Shown one piece after another: positions 20,401 through 29,216 of a stretch of DNA of 64,000 nt. The position numbers and the translations under genes were made by a program. The notes beneath the pieces are model-generated. The model saw nothing but the letters and a program-made list of their open reading frames with translations, made no database searches and was not told where the DNA came from. Source of the stretch: a candidate division NPL-UPA2 bacterium Unc8 (GTDB lineage: Bacteria; NPL-UPA2); contig NDHY01000003.1 of assembly GCA_003574845.1 (NCBI GenBank), positions 646 through 64,645 of the forward strand, in the 5' to 3' direction. The number at the start of each line of letters is the position of its first letter. Position 1 is the stretch's first letter.

Positions 20401-20544
20401 TACCACCGAAACCATAGGAAATTCCATCTCCGGGAACATATCAATGCCTAAGCGGGTAAAAGAGATTGCTCCCATGAGGACAACAACTAAAATAAGCATG
20501 GTAATAGCTACCGGCCGCCTGACAGAAAAATCAGAAAGAAACAT
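17455..20544 (-). CDS. RND efflux transporter permease (AcrB/CzcA family)
   Basis: 1029 aa, 12-TM architecture, N-terminal FSVRRPVAITMLILVVVLMG typical of the RND family. Confidence 0.9.
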   Translation of the reverse strand: MFLSDFSVRRPVAITMLILVVVLMGAISFTRLGIDMFPEMEFPMVSVVTTYPGVAPEDMEELISKPIEEVVATVKGIREVRSVSHEGISVVSAEFVWGTNLDFAAQDIRAIIDLIEVFLPEDMNRPLVIKFDLAMWPIMMFGITGERDLFDLRDLIDDVMKPRLERIEGVASVRLWGGLEREFLVEVDRSRLEAHNLSLPEVAGAIRAANLNLPAGHLVEGPREFLVRTIGEFEGLDEIRRTVVSLREGKPIYLEDIAVISDTHKELRGYTRVDGQDGLLMAISRESGANTVRIARQVREELNQLKKVLPPDIEMQEMFDQAKFIEASISGLARSGLWGGLAAIFVLFLFLRNWRPTLTIALAIPLAILATFIPIYSLGYTLNMMTLGGLALAVGMLLDNAIVVIENIFRHLKEGKEPKEAAQVGTGEMSMAISASTLTTIVVFLPLAFVAGITGRMAQGLGITVGSSLIVSLFVALTLVPMVASKLLRKKPVTSNQLSVTSSADGRFNRFREGYQGLLTWALKHRAKVILTAAAIFISSLGFLTLLDTEFIPRMDSGIYMATLRMPIDTSLEETDRVVRGVERIIADIPEMEASTVSVGLYPGAEVDLAFGFGVTGVNEAMFFGTLTGIEERKRSIEEVLTEIRHRLPQDIEGLSTSFIEFGPAAIMGGAGAAPINIKLFGKDLVVLEELSNVVTKKLEGIEGIHSIDATLRPGKPELQIEIDRERASRKGLGVAGIANAVRMAIKGDVVTRFREAGEEIDIRLRLREADRDSLADLTIPSPKGMLVHLDEVAEIHSRRGLAAIFREERVRVAEVNAHFIGRSLGEIMDEVRGAVAGITIPPGYFIEYGGEYEDMIEMFYSLIFVLVLAVLLVYMVMAAQFESLLHPFAIIFSIPLSLIGVVSALLITGNTLSLVSFIGMIMVTGIVVNNAIVFIDYVNQLRAKGLSRDKAIIQAGGVRLRPILMTASTTILALLPLTLGRAMGVEMRSSMAVAIIGGLFASTFFTLVVVPTIYSLLDDWAHRIVVKS

Positions 20545-20546
20545 TT

Positions 20547-21458
20547 TTACTTACCTCCCTCGACTCTTACCCTCGCTCCATCCCTGAGACCGAAATGGCC
20601 TCCAATGATTACTTTATTTTGAGATTCAACTCCTGAGATAAGCTCTATCCTATCTTCGGTAACTATTCCTGTCTCTACTTCCTTTATTTTAGCCACTGAG
20701 TTCTCTATTACATAGACTATCTCCCGGCCATCCCTTACTAAAACGGCATCCCGGGGAACAATGAGTACATTCCGGCGCTCATTAGTAATAAGCTCTACCC
20801 GGGCAAACATCCCCGGCTTTAGTTTATGCTCGGGATTATCAATAATTACCTCTACCGGCGCCCGACGAGAGAAAATATCAATCACAGGGCTGATTTTGTC
20901 CACCCTACCCATAAAAACCTCTTGCGGATAAGCAACTACCTCCACCCGTGCCTCCTGCCCTTTTTTGATACGGGGAATATCCCTCTCGGCAACACCAACC
21001 TTTATCTTTACTCTATCCATATCTACAATTGATGCCACGGGAGTGTGAGGAGTTACCATATCTCCCAAGTCCACATGGATGCGACCCACGATTCCGCTTA
21101 AGAAAGAATTTACCGGAGATAATTCAAACTTAAAGCCGGGTTCATCTCTATCAATTAGAGCAATGGTTTCTCCTTTCTTAACCCGATTCCCCACAACCAC
21201 ATTTTTTTGGATAATCTTTCCACTCACCCTGGGATAGACTTCAAACCTATTCTGGGCTTCAACGTCTCCGACCAGAGAAATAGTTTCCCTGATATTTCCC
21301 CTCACTACATCAACTACTTTTACCGTCACCCTTTCGGCGACAAAAACTACCTCTACTTCCTCCCCTGGAAGCATCGCTCTTCCGACAATAACAAGCACTA
21401 TAGCTAAGATTGTTATTCCGGCAATAATTCCTTTTTTCTTCATCATTCTCTCCCTCAT
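20547..21458 (-). CDS. RND efflux periplasmic adaptor (membrane fusion protein, HlyD family)
   Basis: Single N-terminal TM, lipoyl/beta-barrel adaptor-like sequence. Lies between the TolC-like and RND genes. Confidence 0.8.
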   Translation of the reverse strand: MRERMMKKKGIIAGITILAIVLVIVGRAMLPGEEVEVVFVAERVTVKVVDVVRGNIRETISLVGDVEAQNRFEVYPRVSGKIIQKNVVVGNRVKKGETIALIDRDEPGFKFELSPVNSFLSGIVGRIHVDLGDMVTPHTPVASIVDMDRVKIKVGVAERDIPRIKKGQEARVEVVAYPQEVFMGRVDKISPVIDIFSRRAPVEVIIDNPEHKLKPGMFARVELITNERRNVLIVPRDAVLVRDGREIVYVIENSVAKIKEVETGIVTEDRIELISGVESQNKVIIGGHFGLRDGARVRVEGGK

Positions 21459-21459
21459 T

Positions 21460-22734
21460 TTACTCTCTACTCCCTCTGTATCTACCTCCAGTGGCTCTCT
21501 CCAGACTGGCTTTACCGATCAGGTGTTCATAGAGAGCCCGGGCATAACCGGTGCGCGCCTTAGTCAAAGCCAGATGCACACCCATCACTTCCAGGTGAGT
21601 GCTTATCCCCTTCCGGTGACGTTCCCTAACAATTTTTAGATTCTCTTCAGCCTGTTGGACATTCTTGAGTTGAAACTCTATTATCTCACGGGCTTTCTCT
21701 AAATCTAAAAAGGCCTGGCGGACTTCAAATCTTACCCTGTCCTTAAAATCTTTTAACCCGAGAAGCGATTTTTCATGCTCTGACCTGGCCTGCCCAACCC
21801 GGCCCCTGGTCATTAGCCCATCAAAGATGGGAACTTCTATCATAATCCCGGCATTCCAGTTCCAGTCCCAGTCAGGAGTAGGGGGGAGACCCTCAAGTCC
21901 TTCATAATTCCCAAATAGCGAAATTAAAGGTCTATGCCCGGAGCGGGCAACATCAATATTTTTCTCTCTCATCTTAGAAACCAGCCTTAACTGTCTGATT
22001 TCGGATCGCTGCTCCAGAGCCTTAAGAAGCGCCTCATTCAGATCCGGCTGGAGAGGAAGATACTCCAGACTCCCCTCCAGAGAAAACGAGCTGTCAAGGT
22101 CTAAGTCCAATAGATTCTTGAATAAATTCTCAACTGACTGTAACTGGCTTCTGACCTGAATAAGTTCGCTGGAAGCGTTGATTACTTCAATCTCTGCCCT
22201 TAAAAGGTCAAATCGGGGAACCTCTCCTTTATTAAACCGCTCTTTCGTCGTCTGATAATGAGACTGGAGTAGATTTAGAGCCTCAGCTCTAACGGCTACC
22301 AACTCCTGAGCTAACAAGATTCCATAAAAACCTTTTTTAACCCGGAAGGTTATTTCCGCCTCAACCGTATGAAGACCTTCCTCCATCGCCTGGTGATGCA
22401 ATTCAGCCGCCTGAATTGTCCCTCTTATCATCCCTCCGGCATAAAGAGGCTGGATTAGTCTTAAGTTGGCTCTATGACTATCCATATTCAATCTATCCAA
22501 TCTAATATAAGCAGCCTCGGCTGATAGCCGCGGCAAGGCTCCGGAACGAGCCTCCATCACCATAGCAGTTGTTCGTCGCAACTCTTCCCGGGCGAGTAAG
22601 ACTTGAGGATTATTTTTTAGAGCCAGCTGAATGCTCTCCTCAAGGGTGAAAACACGCTCTCTCGTGGTCTCTTGGGTCCCGGCCGAAGCTGGAAAGCCCA
22701 AAAAGATGACAACGCAGAAGATTAAAAATTTCAT
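21460..22734 (-). CDS. outer-membrane efflux protein (TolC family)
   Basis: Signal peptide, two coiled-coil/barrel repeats with the LLD.D... leucine-zipper pattern typical of OEPs. 424 aa. Confidence 0.8.
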   Translation of the reverse strand: MKFLIFCVVIFLGFPASAGTQETTRERVFTLEESIQLALKNNPQVLLAREELRRTTAMVMEARSGALPRLSAEAAYIRLDRLNMDSHRANLRLIQPLYAGGMIRGTIQAAELHHQAMEEGLHTVEAEITFRVKKGFYGILLAQELVAVRAEALNLLQSHYQTTKERFNKGEVPRFDLLRAEIEVINASSELIQVRSQLQSVENLFKNLLDLDLDSSFSLEGSLEYLPLQPDLNEALLKALEQRSEIRQLRLVSKMREKNIDVARSGHRPLISLFGNYEGLEGLPPTPDWDWNWNAGIMIEVPIFDGLMTRGRVGQARSEHEKSLLGLKDFKDRVRFEVRQAFLDLEKAREIIEFQLKNVQQAEENLKIVRERHRKGISTHLEVMGVHLALTKARTGYARALYEHLIGKASLERATGGRYRGSRE

Positions 22735-22745
22735 AAGCTTCCTTA

Positions 22746-23075
22746 CCCTCCTTTTTTCTTCATATTATTACAAATAATCATTTTTATCAAAGAATTTTTT
22801 ACCTGGTCCAGGGAAAATATTCTGGGATTGGAGAGCCAGTGCGTGGCCAGCCCATCAATAGCAGCCAAAATTATTGAGGCTAAATACCGAGGATTAGTCT
22901 CTTCTCTAAAATCTTTTCCTCGGCCTCAAGGCTCAAAGAAGAGACCTTTTTAACATATGAATCCTTAAAGTTTTCAAAAAGATAGAGACATAGTTCAAAG
23001 AAGAGTTCCTTCTTGCTGGAAAAATACTCGTAAATTGTGCCCTTGCCGACATTGGCAATCGGAAGGTTATTTAAA
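22746..23075 (-). pseudogene. TetR-family regulator remnant (N-terminally truncated with an internal stop)
   Basis: Minus-strand translation gives NNLPIANVGKGTIYEYFSSKKELFFELCLY..., a TetR HTH (KGTIYxYF.SKEELF). No start codon, with an upstream in-frame TAA. A stop follows ...RLILGI*. Total length is far below the roughly 190 aa of an intact TetR. No ORF of 60 aa or more is called here. Confidence 0.4.
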
Positions 23076-23131
23076 AACCCGGGTAGTCCGCGATTTCACT
23101 TTATCAGGCTAATCAGGGGAAGTTACTTAAG

Positions 23132-24595
23132 TTATTTCTTAGAGAGATATTCCTTCTCCCAGATAGGCCGGGATAGTCTCCTCAGTTCTTTTCCATAATT
23201 TATAAGCCCCTTCCTATATTCTTCATCCTCCATAGCCGCTTGAGCTTCATCGTAAATGGGTCGGGGATGATACTTCTGGAGTATCTGCTCATAATAGACC
23301 TGGTAATGATCCCGGATGGGACAGGTCATTAAGAGATTATTCTGTTCGCCATCAGGTTTCCCGTATCCATAGCTCGTCTGCCACTCTCTTATCGCCCGGA
23401 AAAAATCAGACTCCAGCACAGTATTTAAATCTCCCCCCTTTTCATAGACCTCGTTTATATTATCTGCGGCGTAGGGTTGAAACCCGCAGGGAGTACAATC
23501 ACCTGCTCCGGTTATGTTAAAGTGCCCTCCACACCAGCGCTCTGAACCTCGCCTACCGGCTGCGATACATCCGCATACTACTGTGCTATCATTCCAGAAA
23601 TCACCAATAAAATACTCCTTCTCCCGCTCCATCTTCCGTTTTCTCTCCCTCATGAAGAGTCGCTGCTCCGGAGTAGGCATAAGAGCGAGGGTATAGGATT
23701 TTCCGATGGGCATATAGTGAAACTGCCACTGGTATTTTGCCCCTTGCTCCTCAAAGTAGAAGTCATAAAACTTATCACTGGTTACCGCATCTACATTCTC
23801 CCGAGTGGCGGTTACCGATATTCCAAAGGGAACTCCAGCTTCCCTCAGATTAGCGAAGGCGGTGAGTATCTTCCGATAGACACCCTTTCCTCTTCGGGCA
23901 TCGGTCTCTCCTTCAAACCCCTCTACAGATATGGCCGGAGTTATATTGCCAACCTCAGCCAATCTCTGAGCCATTTTCTCATTTATGAGGGTACCGTTAG
24001 TATATATTAAGAAAAGGACATCCCCGTGTTTCCGGGCCACATCAAAGAGGTGAGGATAGAGAAGCGGCTCCCCGCCGGAGAAGACGACAACATGAGCTCT
24101 CCAGAGTTCCTTCATCTCTCTTACCACTCTATCAACCACCTCATATTTAAGGGTATTCCCCCATTTTCCTTTTCCAGAAGCTGTATAGCAACCAGGACAA
24201 TCCAGGTTACAGGCCTGGGTAGGACAGATAAGCACAAAGGAAGGTGGATAAAAACCCTTCTCCTCATAAAACTTCCTTTTTGGTCCAATCTTTCCACCCC
24301 ATAATACTCCTCCCAAAGTGTACTCGACCAAAGCCTTAAAATATTTAGAAGAAATATTACCCTCCATCGTGCGCTCAAGAGAGCGTAAAGCGGCTTTGCC
24401 CATGTAATACTTATCCTCAGCCTGTTTACTACCACGATTTACGATTAGTCGGTGTGCCAAACGCTCTCTTACCTTCTTAAAGGCAAATCTCCGCACTTTA
24501 GCATTACGCAGGCACAGTTTGCTCAATAGTAGCAAGAGACGCACCACTCCCTGGAAAATTTTTTCCTTCAATTTGCTTCCATTTATTTTAATCAT
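23132..24595 (-). CDS. radical SAM protein with C-terminal Cys-rich auxiliary-cluster (SPASM/twitch-like) region and an N-terminal extension of about 110 aa
   Basis: CPTQACNLDCPGCY is CxxxCxxC. FSGGEPLLY SAM motif. C-terminal CGCIAAG..C..C..CTPCG. 487 aa. Confidence 0.7.
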   Translation of the reverse strand: MIKINGSKLKEKIFQGVVRLLLLLSKLCLRNAKVRRFAFKKVRERLAHRLIVNRGSKQAEDKYYMGKAALRSLERTMEGNISSKYFKALVEYTLGGVLWGGKIGPKRKFYEEKGFYPPSFVLICPTQACNLDCPGCYTASGKGKWGNTLKYEVVDRVVREMKELWRAHVVVFSGGEPLLYPHLFDVARKHGDVLFLIYTNGTLINEKMAQRLAEVGNITPAISVEGFEGETDARRGKGVYRKILTAFANLREAGVPFGISVTATRENVDAVTSDKFYDFYFEEQGAKYQWQFHYMPIGKSYTLALMPTPEQRLFMRERKRKMEREKEYFIGDFWNDSTVVCGCIAAGRRGSERWCGGHFNITGAGDCTPCGFQPYAADNINEVYEKGGDLNTVLESDFFRAIREWQTSYGYGKPDGEQNNLLMTCPIRDHYQVYYEQILQKYHPRPIYDEAQAAMEDEEYRKGLINYGKELRRLSRPIWEKEYLSKK

Positions 24596-24670
24596 TCCAG
24601 CACCCTCCTTTTTTGATTCTTCTTGCTCCCGCCTGAAATAGTTCGTTATCCGAAGTATTAAACCAAAAAA

Positions 24671-25138
24671 TTAAGCTTTAAGACTATCCATCTCCACTTT
24701 TCTCATTACCTGAGAGACTATTTTCAATATATCGATTAAGATCTGGCGATCACGCTGGGACACTCTTTCCAAAATGGCCGAAATATGTTCTTGCTTTCTC
24801 TCATTTATCCTCTGGATAATTTTTAACCCTTCACCCGTCAAACCGACCCAAACTATACGACGGTCTTTCATATCGCTACTCTTTTCAACAAAGCGCTTTT
24901 TCACTAAACGGTTAACCAGCTCGGTCATGGTGTTCAAAGCAACGCCCAGGGACTGGCTCAATTCCGTTATCATACACTTACCTTTTCCGACCAATATATC
25001 TAAAGCAAGATATTGCCGGAGGGTGATATTAATTCCAAAAAGTTTGTTTGGGTCAGAGATCTGAAGATGTTTAATTAAAACAGGCAGCAGATTATCCAAT
25101 TGAGAAATATATTCACGCATTTTCTTTGTCTTCATCAT
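24671..25138 (-). CDS. MarR-family transcriptional regulator
   Basis: LRQYLALDILVGKGKCMITELSQSLGVALNTMTELVNRLVKKRFVEKSSDMKDRR is a MarR winged HTH. 155 aa. Confidence 0.75.
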   Translation of the reverse strand: MMKTKKMREYISQLDNLLPVLIKHLQISDPNKLFGINITLRQYLALDILVGKGKCMITELSQSLGVALNTMTELVNRLVKKRFVEKSSDMKDRRIVWVGLTGEGLKIIQRINERKQEHISAILERVSQRDRQILIDILKIVSQVMRKVEMDSLKA

Positions 25139-25228
25139 AATTCCCGACTGAATTGGTTATTACTTCGTATCCAGAATAATTCTGCGCGCTTTAAATTAGC
25201 TTGTCAAGTAAAATCGCAAACTTCCTAA

Positions 25229-25315
25229 CGGCGGGAGTAGGATTTGAACCTACGGTACCCTTTAAGGTACACCTGTTTTCGAGACAGGCCTGATAAACCA
25301 CTCCAGCATCCCGCC
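25229..25315 (-). tRNA. tRNA-Ser (anticodon CGA), class II with long variable arm
   Basis: Reverse complement gives GGCGGGATGCTGGAGTGG...CCTGTCTCGAAAACAGG...GTAGGTTCAAATCCTACTCCCGCCG. Anticodon loop CUCGAAA. Same architecture as E. coli tRNA-Ser(CGA). Confidence 0.8.
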
Positions 25316-25365
25316 TAAAATTGAAGAAAGGGCGGGGTAAGTGAAAAGTCTCTATCGGTTACTTT

Positions 25366-25770
25366 TTAAGAAACTGGCTCAGACCGGGATATCTCTGCCT
25401 CGTAAGCTTCAAGCACTTTTTCCTGGATGTATTCCCGGCACTGACTTGTAATTGGGTGAGCCAGGTCCCTGTGTTCGCTTTTTGAGGCCGCCTCAGACTC
25501 CGTAGCTGCAGGAACAGGGGGTATCTCTTTCCCGCATCTATTGCAGAATTTGCTTCTGATTTCATTTTCAAATCCACATTCAGGACACTTCTCGCGCACC
25601 TTTCTTGAGGGCATAGCAACAAATAATCCCCTTTTCCCATCAATTACCTTGACATCGCGGATGGCAAATTCGTTATCAAAGGTTAATGTTACATATGCTT
25701 TCAGCCTTCCTTCCCGTTCCCTCATTGGTCGCACCCTAATTTCTGTAATTTCCACTTTGCATTCCTCCAT
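25366..25770 (-). CDS. spoVG: SpoVG-family protein with an inserted zinc-ribbon
   Basis: VEITEIRVRPM..EGRLKAYVTLTFDNEFAIRDVKVIDGKRGLFVAMPSRK ... HRDLAHPITSQCREYIQ matches SpoVG. An insertion of about 35 aa, CPECGFENEIRSKFCNRCG, sits between the two conserved blocks. Conserved ispE-spoVG synteny. Confidence 0.7.
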   Translation of the reverse strand: MEECKVEITEIRVRPMREREGRLKAYVTLTFDNEFAIRDVKVIDGKRGLFVAMPSRKVREKCPECGFENEIRSKFCNRCGKEIPPVPAATESEAASKSEHRDLAHPITSQCREYIQEKVLEAYEAEISRSEPVS

Positions 25771-25806
25771 GCCTACGCCTTGCTTACCTCGTTCCCATGT
25801 TGTCAT

Positions 25807-26709
25807 TCAATTAAGCAGCTTTTCCTTGACTACTTTCACTCCTTCCAGAGATGTTTTCACTACATAAACAACCTCCCTTTGAACTGCCATTGCTATTTTT
25901 TCTGCATGGGCTCTCTGGCGGACAACGCCAAAGACAGCAGGCCCGCTGCCAGACATCAGCGCTCCTTCTGCTCCGAGGGACCTGAGCTCGTCTTTCATTA
26001 TCCCTACTACTGGATATTTCTTCGTTATCACCTCCTCGAATCTGTTGTAGAGGGCTTTCTCTAAATTTCCCCCTTCAAGGCAAGATAAAACTGTTTTAAG
26101 TTGGCTTCTTTCGTTTATTAAATTTAAATTTTGATAAGCATGGCGGGTTAAGATGCTAAATTTTGGTATCAGGAGAATAAGCCAGAAGTGCTGCCAGTTG
26201 GCAAGAGATGTTATCTTGTCCCCTCTTCCTGTGCCCACCGCCCTTCCTCCTGAAATAAAAAAGGGAACATCACTGCCAAGTGATGCAGCAAGCTCTACAA
26301 GATGTGTCCTGGAGAGATTTAATTTCCATAGTTCATTCAGTCCCACAAGTGTTGCCGCAGCATTGCTTGACCCACCCCCCAATCCTGCTGCCACCGGAAT
26401 CCTTTTTTTTAATTTAATCCTCACCCCCTTTTTTATCTTACAATTCTCAAGGATAATATTTGCAGCCTGATATATTAAATTCGCTTTCCCGGAAGGAGTC
26501 ACCCCTTCCAGTGACATAACTTCTACTCCCTGATTTATCTCTATTAGAGAAAGCTCATCATATAGGCCAATTGCCTGTAGTACCGTTTCTATTTCGTGAT
26601 AACCATCGTCTCTTTTCTTTAAAACATTGAGGAATAAATTTATCTTGGCAGGTGAGATAACTTTTACTCTATTATTAACTCCGTTTGTGTAAGAGTTTGC
26701 TTTGCTCAT
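25807..26709 (-). CDS. ispE: 4-diphosphocytidyl-2-C-methyl-D-erythritol kinase
   Basis: KINLFLNVLKKRDDGYHEIETV and the GGGSSNAAATL GHMP-kinase motif. 300 aa. Confidence 0.85.
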   Translation of the reverse strand: MSKANSYTNGVNNRVKVISPAKINLFLNVLKKRDDGYHEIETVLQAIGLYDELSLIEINQGVEVMSLEGVTPSGKANLIYQAANIILENCKIKKGVRIKLKKRIPVAAGLGGGSSNAAATLVGLNELWKLNLSRTHLVELAASLGSDVPFFISGGRAVGTGRGDKITSLANWQHFWLILLIPKFSILTRHAYQNLNLINERSQLKTVLSCLEGGNLEKALYNRFEEVITKKYPVVGIMKDELRSLGAEGALMSGSGPAVFGVVRQRAHAEKIAMAVQREVVYVVKTSLEGVKVVKEKLLN

Positions 26710-26718
26710 TTGTGGATG

Positions 26719-27588
26719 TTAATAAATTACCTTATTCAATGCATATTCAATGATACCTTCAGCCCCGGCCTCTTTTAATTGTGGAATAATCTCGCGCACT
26801 ACCGCCTCATCAACTACTGTCTCTACGGCACACCACCTCTCATCACTCAAGTGGGAGATGGTTGGCTCTTTCATTGCTGGAAGAATAGAGATAACTCTAT
26901 GGAGATTCTTTTTGGAAACATTCATTTTCAACCCAACCTTTTCAATAGCTTGAAGTGCTCCTTGAAGAAGGGTAAGAAGATTATCAATCTTTTTCCTTTT
27001 CCACCCATTGCGGTAGCTCTGTTCATTAGCAACAAGAATAGTTACTGACTCCAGGACATTATCAATCGCGCGCAGATTATTTGCCTTAAGAGAGCGACCG
27101 GTTTCAGTTAATTCAACTACTGCATCAGCAAGTGTCGGTGGCTTTGCCTCAGTTGCCCCCCAGGAGAACTCAACCGTTGAGTTCACTTTATGCCGACTCA
27201 GATAATTTTTAGTTACGTTAACGAGCTCAGTAGCAATCCGCTTGCCTTCTAAATCATTTACACTTCTTATCTTTGAGTCCTTCGGAACGGCTAAAACCCA
27301 TCTTATGGGTTGTAATTTTTGCCTGCCGTATAAAAGCTCAGCTACCTCCACAACTCCTATGCCGCTTTCAATCACCCAGTCACGACCGGTAATTCCAGCG
27401 TCAAAAATCCCTTCTCCAACATAGCGTGGCATCTCCTGGGGCCTCGCCAGAATTACCTCCATTTCCCTGTCATCAACAGTTGGAAAGTAAGACCTCTCTC
27501 CAAAGGAAATGGCATATCCTGCTTTTTTAAAAATAGATAGAGTTTGCTTCTCAAGACTTCCAATTGGCAATCCAATACGCAGCTTCAT
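26719..27588 (-). CDS. hisG: ATP phosphoribosyltransferase (long form with C-terminal regulatory domain)
   Basis: MKLRIGLPIGSLEKQTLSIFKKAGY N-terminus. About 290 aa. Confidence 0.85.
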   Translation of the reverse strand: MKLRIGLPIGSLEKQTLSIFKKAGYAISFGERSYFPTVDDREMEVILARPQEMPRYVGEGIFDAGITGRDWVIESGIGVVEVAELLYGRQKLQPIRWVLAVPKDSKIRSVNDLEGKRIATELVNVTKNYLSRHKVNSTVEFSWGATEAKPPTLADAVVELTETGRSLKANNLRAIDNVLESVTILVANEQSYRNGWKRKKIDNLLTLLQGALQAIEKVGLKMNVSKKNLHRVISILPAMKEPTISHLSDERWCAVETVVDEAVVREIIPQLKEAGAEGIIEYALNKVIY

Positions 27589-27610
27589 TTTTTCCTCCCA
27601 TTCCACCCTT

Positions 27611-27750
27611 CAACAGTCAGCAGAACACCAGGCACCAGTTTAAGAACTAATTCAAAAGTTAAAAGTGCAAGTTAAAAGTTAAAAGTTTTTCAAATCAACT
27701 TTAAATTTTGAATTTTGCATTGTAATTTTGACTTTTGATTTTTGAATTTC
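27611..27750. repeat. composite intergenic repeat element, copy C (palindromic: forward head and heptamer arm, then inverted arm)
   Basis: caacagtcagcagaacaccaggcaccagtttaagaactaattcaaaagttaaaagtgcaagttaaaagttaaaag...ctttaaattttgaattttgcattgtaattttgacttttgatttttgaa. Its right arm is the reverse complement of the left (aaaagtta vs taactttt). Its right arm is also identical to the left part of copy A. Confidence 0.6.
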
Positions 27751-27758
27751 CTATGCTT

Positions 27759-28643
27759 CTATCCTCTGGGGTGATATTTTGAGTGAACACTCTTCAACCT
27801 GAGCTGGTCAACATGTGTATAGACCTGTGTTGTAGAGATGTTAGTATGACCAAGCATTTCCTGGACAGACCTTAGATCCGCTCCACCCTGCAAGAGATGG
27901 GTAGCAAATGAATGGCGGAGAGTATGTGGAGAGAGCCTCTTTCCTACATCGGCGCAACGAGCACACCTCCTGGTAATTTCCCACAGTCCCTGTCTTGTAA
28001 ACCCCTGCCCCCGCCTGTTAATAAAGAGATAGCGAGAGAGGTTTGCTTTCGGAAAGAGCTTCCGACTACTTTTCAGGTATTTCTTCAGCCAGAAAGATGC
28101 CTCTCTCCCAAAAGGAATAATTCTTTCCTTCCCTCCTTTTCCGAAGCAGCGAACATAGTTAGAATTAATATTTACATCTGTTAATTTAAGGAATGTAATC
28201 TCTGATACCCTCATCCCCGTTGCATAAAGAAGCTCCATAATTCCTCGGTCCCTTACCGCCTCTTTTTTGGCGCCATTTATCCGTGTGAGAAAATTTTCTA
28301 TCTCGGCAACGGTCAGCACATCCGGCAATGGCTTGGAAATTGACGGTGAATCCACAAGGGAAGTGGGGTCATCTTTAAGTTTCCCCTCAGCAAGGAGAAA
28401 GCGGTAAAACATTTTTATCGCTACCAGACCCCTTGCTATTGAGCTTGAAGCCAATCTCTGCTTCTTTAGTTCTCTTAAATAGGCTATTACCTCACGGTGA
28501 CTGCCTTCTAATAGATGAATCTTCTCTTTCTCCAGAAATCGCAGGTATTTAACTATATCTCTGCGATAGCTAATGATTGTATTTTTAGCTAATCCTCTTT
28601 CTATTTCCAGGTAGTTTAAGAATTGGGTTAAATGATTTTGCAT
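27759..28643 (-). CDS. xerD: tyrosine recombinase XerD/XerC family
   Basis: N-terminal core-binding domain (FLNYLEIERGLAKNTIISYRRDI). Catalytic RHSFATHLL..GHTNISTTQVYTH with the Tyr nucleophile. 294 aa. Confidence 0.85.
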   Translation of the reverse strand: MQNHLTQFLNYLEIERGLAKNTIISYRRDIVKYLRFLEKEKIHLLEGSHREVIAYLRELKKQRLASSSIARGLVAIKMFYRFLLAEGKLKDDPTSLVDSPSISKPLPDVLTVAEIENFLTRINGAKKEAVRDRGIMELLYATGMRVSEITFLKLTDVNINSNYVRCFGKGGKERIIPFGREASFWLKKYLKSSRKLFPKANLSRYLFINRRGQGFTRQGLWEITRRCARCADVGKRLSPHTLRHSFATHLLQGGADLRSVQEMLGHTNISTTQVYTHVDQLRLKSVHSKYHPRG

Positions 28644-29216
28644 TTAAATCATCCCGACAAATCCCATAAATCCTATTGAGAGAAGCCCTGCTACAATTAA
28701 CCCGATGGGTGCCCCCTTAAGGCTCTCGGGAATATTAACAAGGTCCAGCCTTTCTCTCAGGCCAGCAAAGAGAATAATAGCCAGCGTAAAGCCAATTCCA
28801 GCTCCAAAACCATGTAATGTGGATTCAACAAGAGTGAACCCCTCCTGAATATTAAGAAAGGCTACTCCTAATATAGCACAGTTTGTCGTAACCAGCGGCA
28901 GGTAAATTCCCAGTGCCCGATGGAGAGCAGGACTCTGCTTCTGAATTACCATTTCTACCAGTTGAACAAGGACAGCAATGACAAGAATGAAAGAGACAAT
29001 ATAAAGATATCCGAGATTGAATGGAATAAGAATAAGGTGATAAACAAAATAGGTAACAAAGCTTGCTATGGTCATTACAAAGATTACCGCTAATCCCATT
29101 CCCATTGCCGTTTCTATGCGACGGGACACTCCAAGGTAAGGGCAGATTCCCAGGAACCGCACTAAAACAAAGTTGTTGATAAAAATAGCCCCAAAGACAA
29201 TGCCAAATAATTCCAT
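28644..29216 (-). CDS. rnfA: Rnf electron transport complex subunit A
   Basis: 190-aa polytopic membrane protein of the RnfA/NqrE family (FVLVRFLGICPYLGVS). Confidence 0.85.
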   Translation of the reverse strand: MELFGIVFGAIFINNFVLVRFLGICPYLGVSRRIETAMGMGLAVIFVMTIASFVTYFVYHLILIPFNLGYLYIVSFILVIAVLVQLVEMVIQKQSPALHRALGIYLPLVTTNCAILGVAFLNIQEGFTLVESTLHGFGAGIGFTLAIILFAGLRERLDLVNIPESLKGAPIGLIVAGLLSIGFMGFVGMI

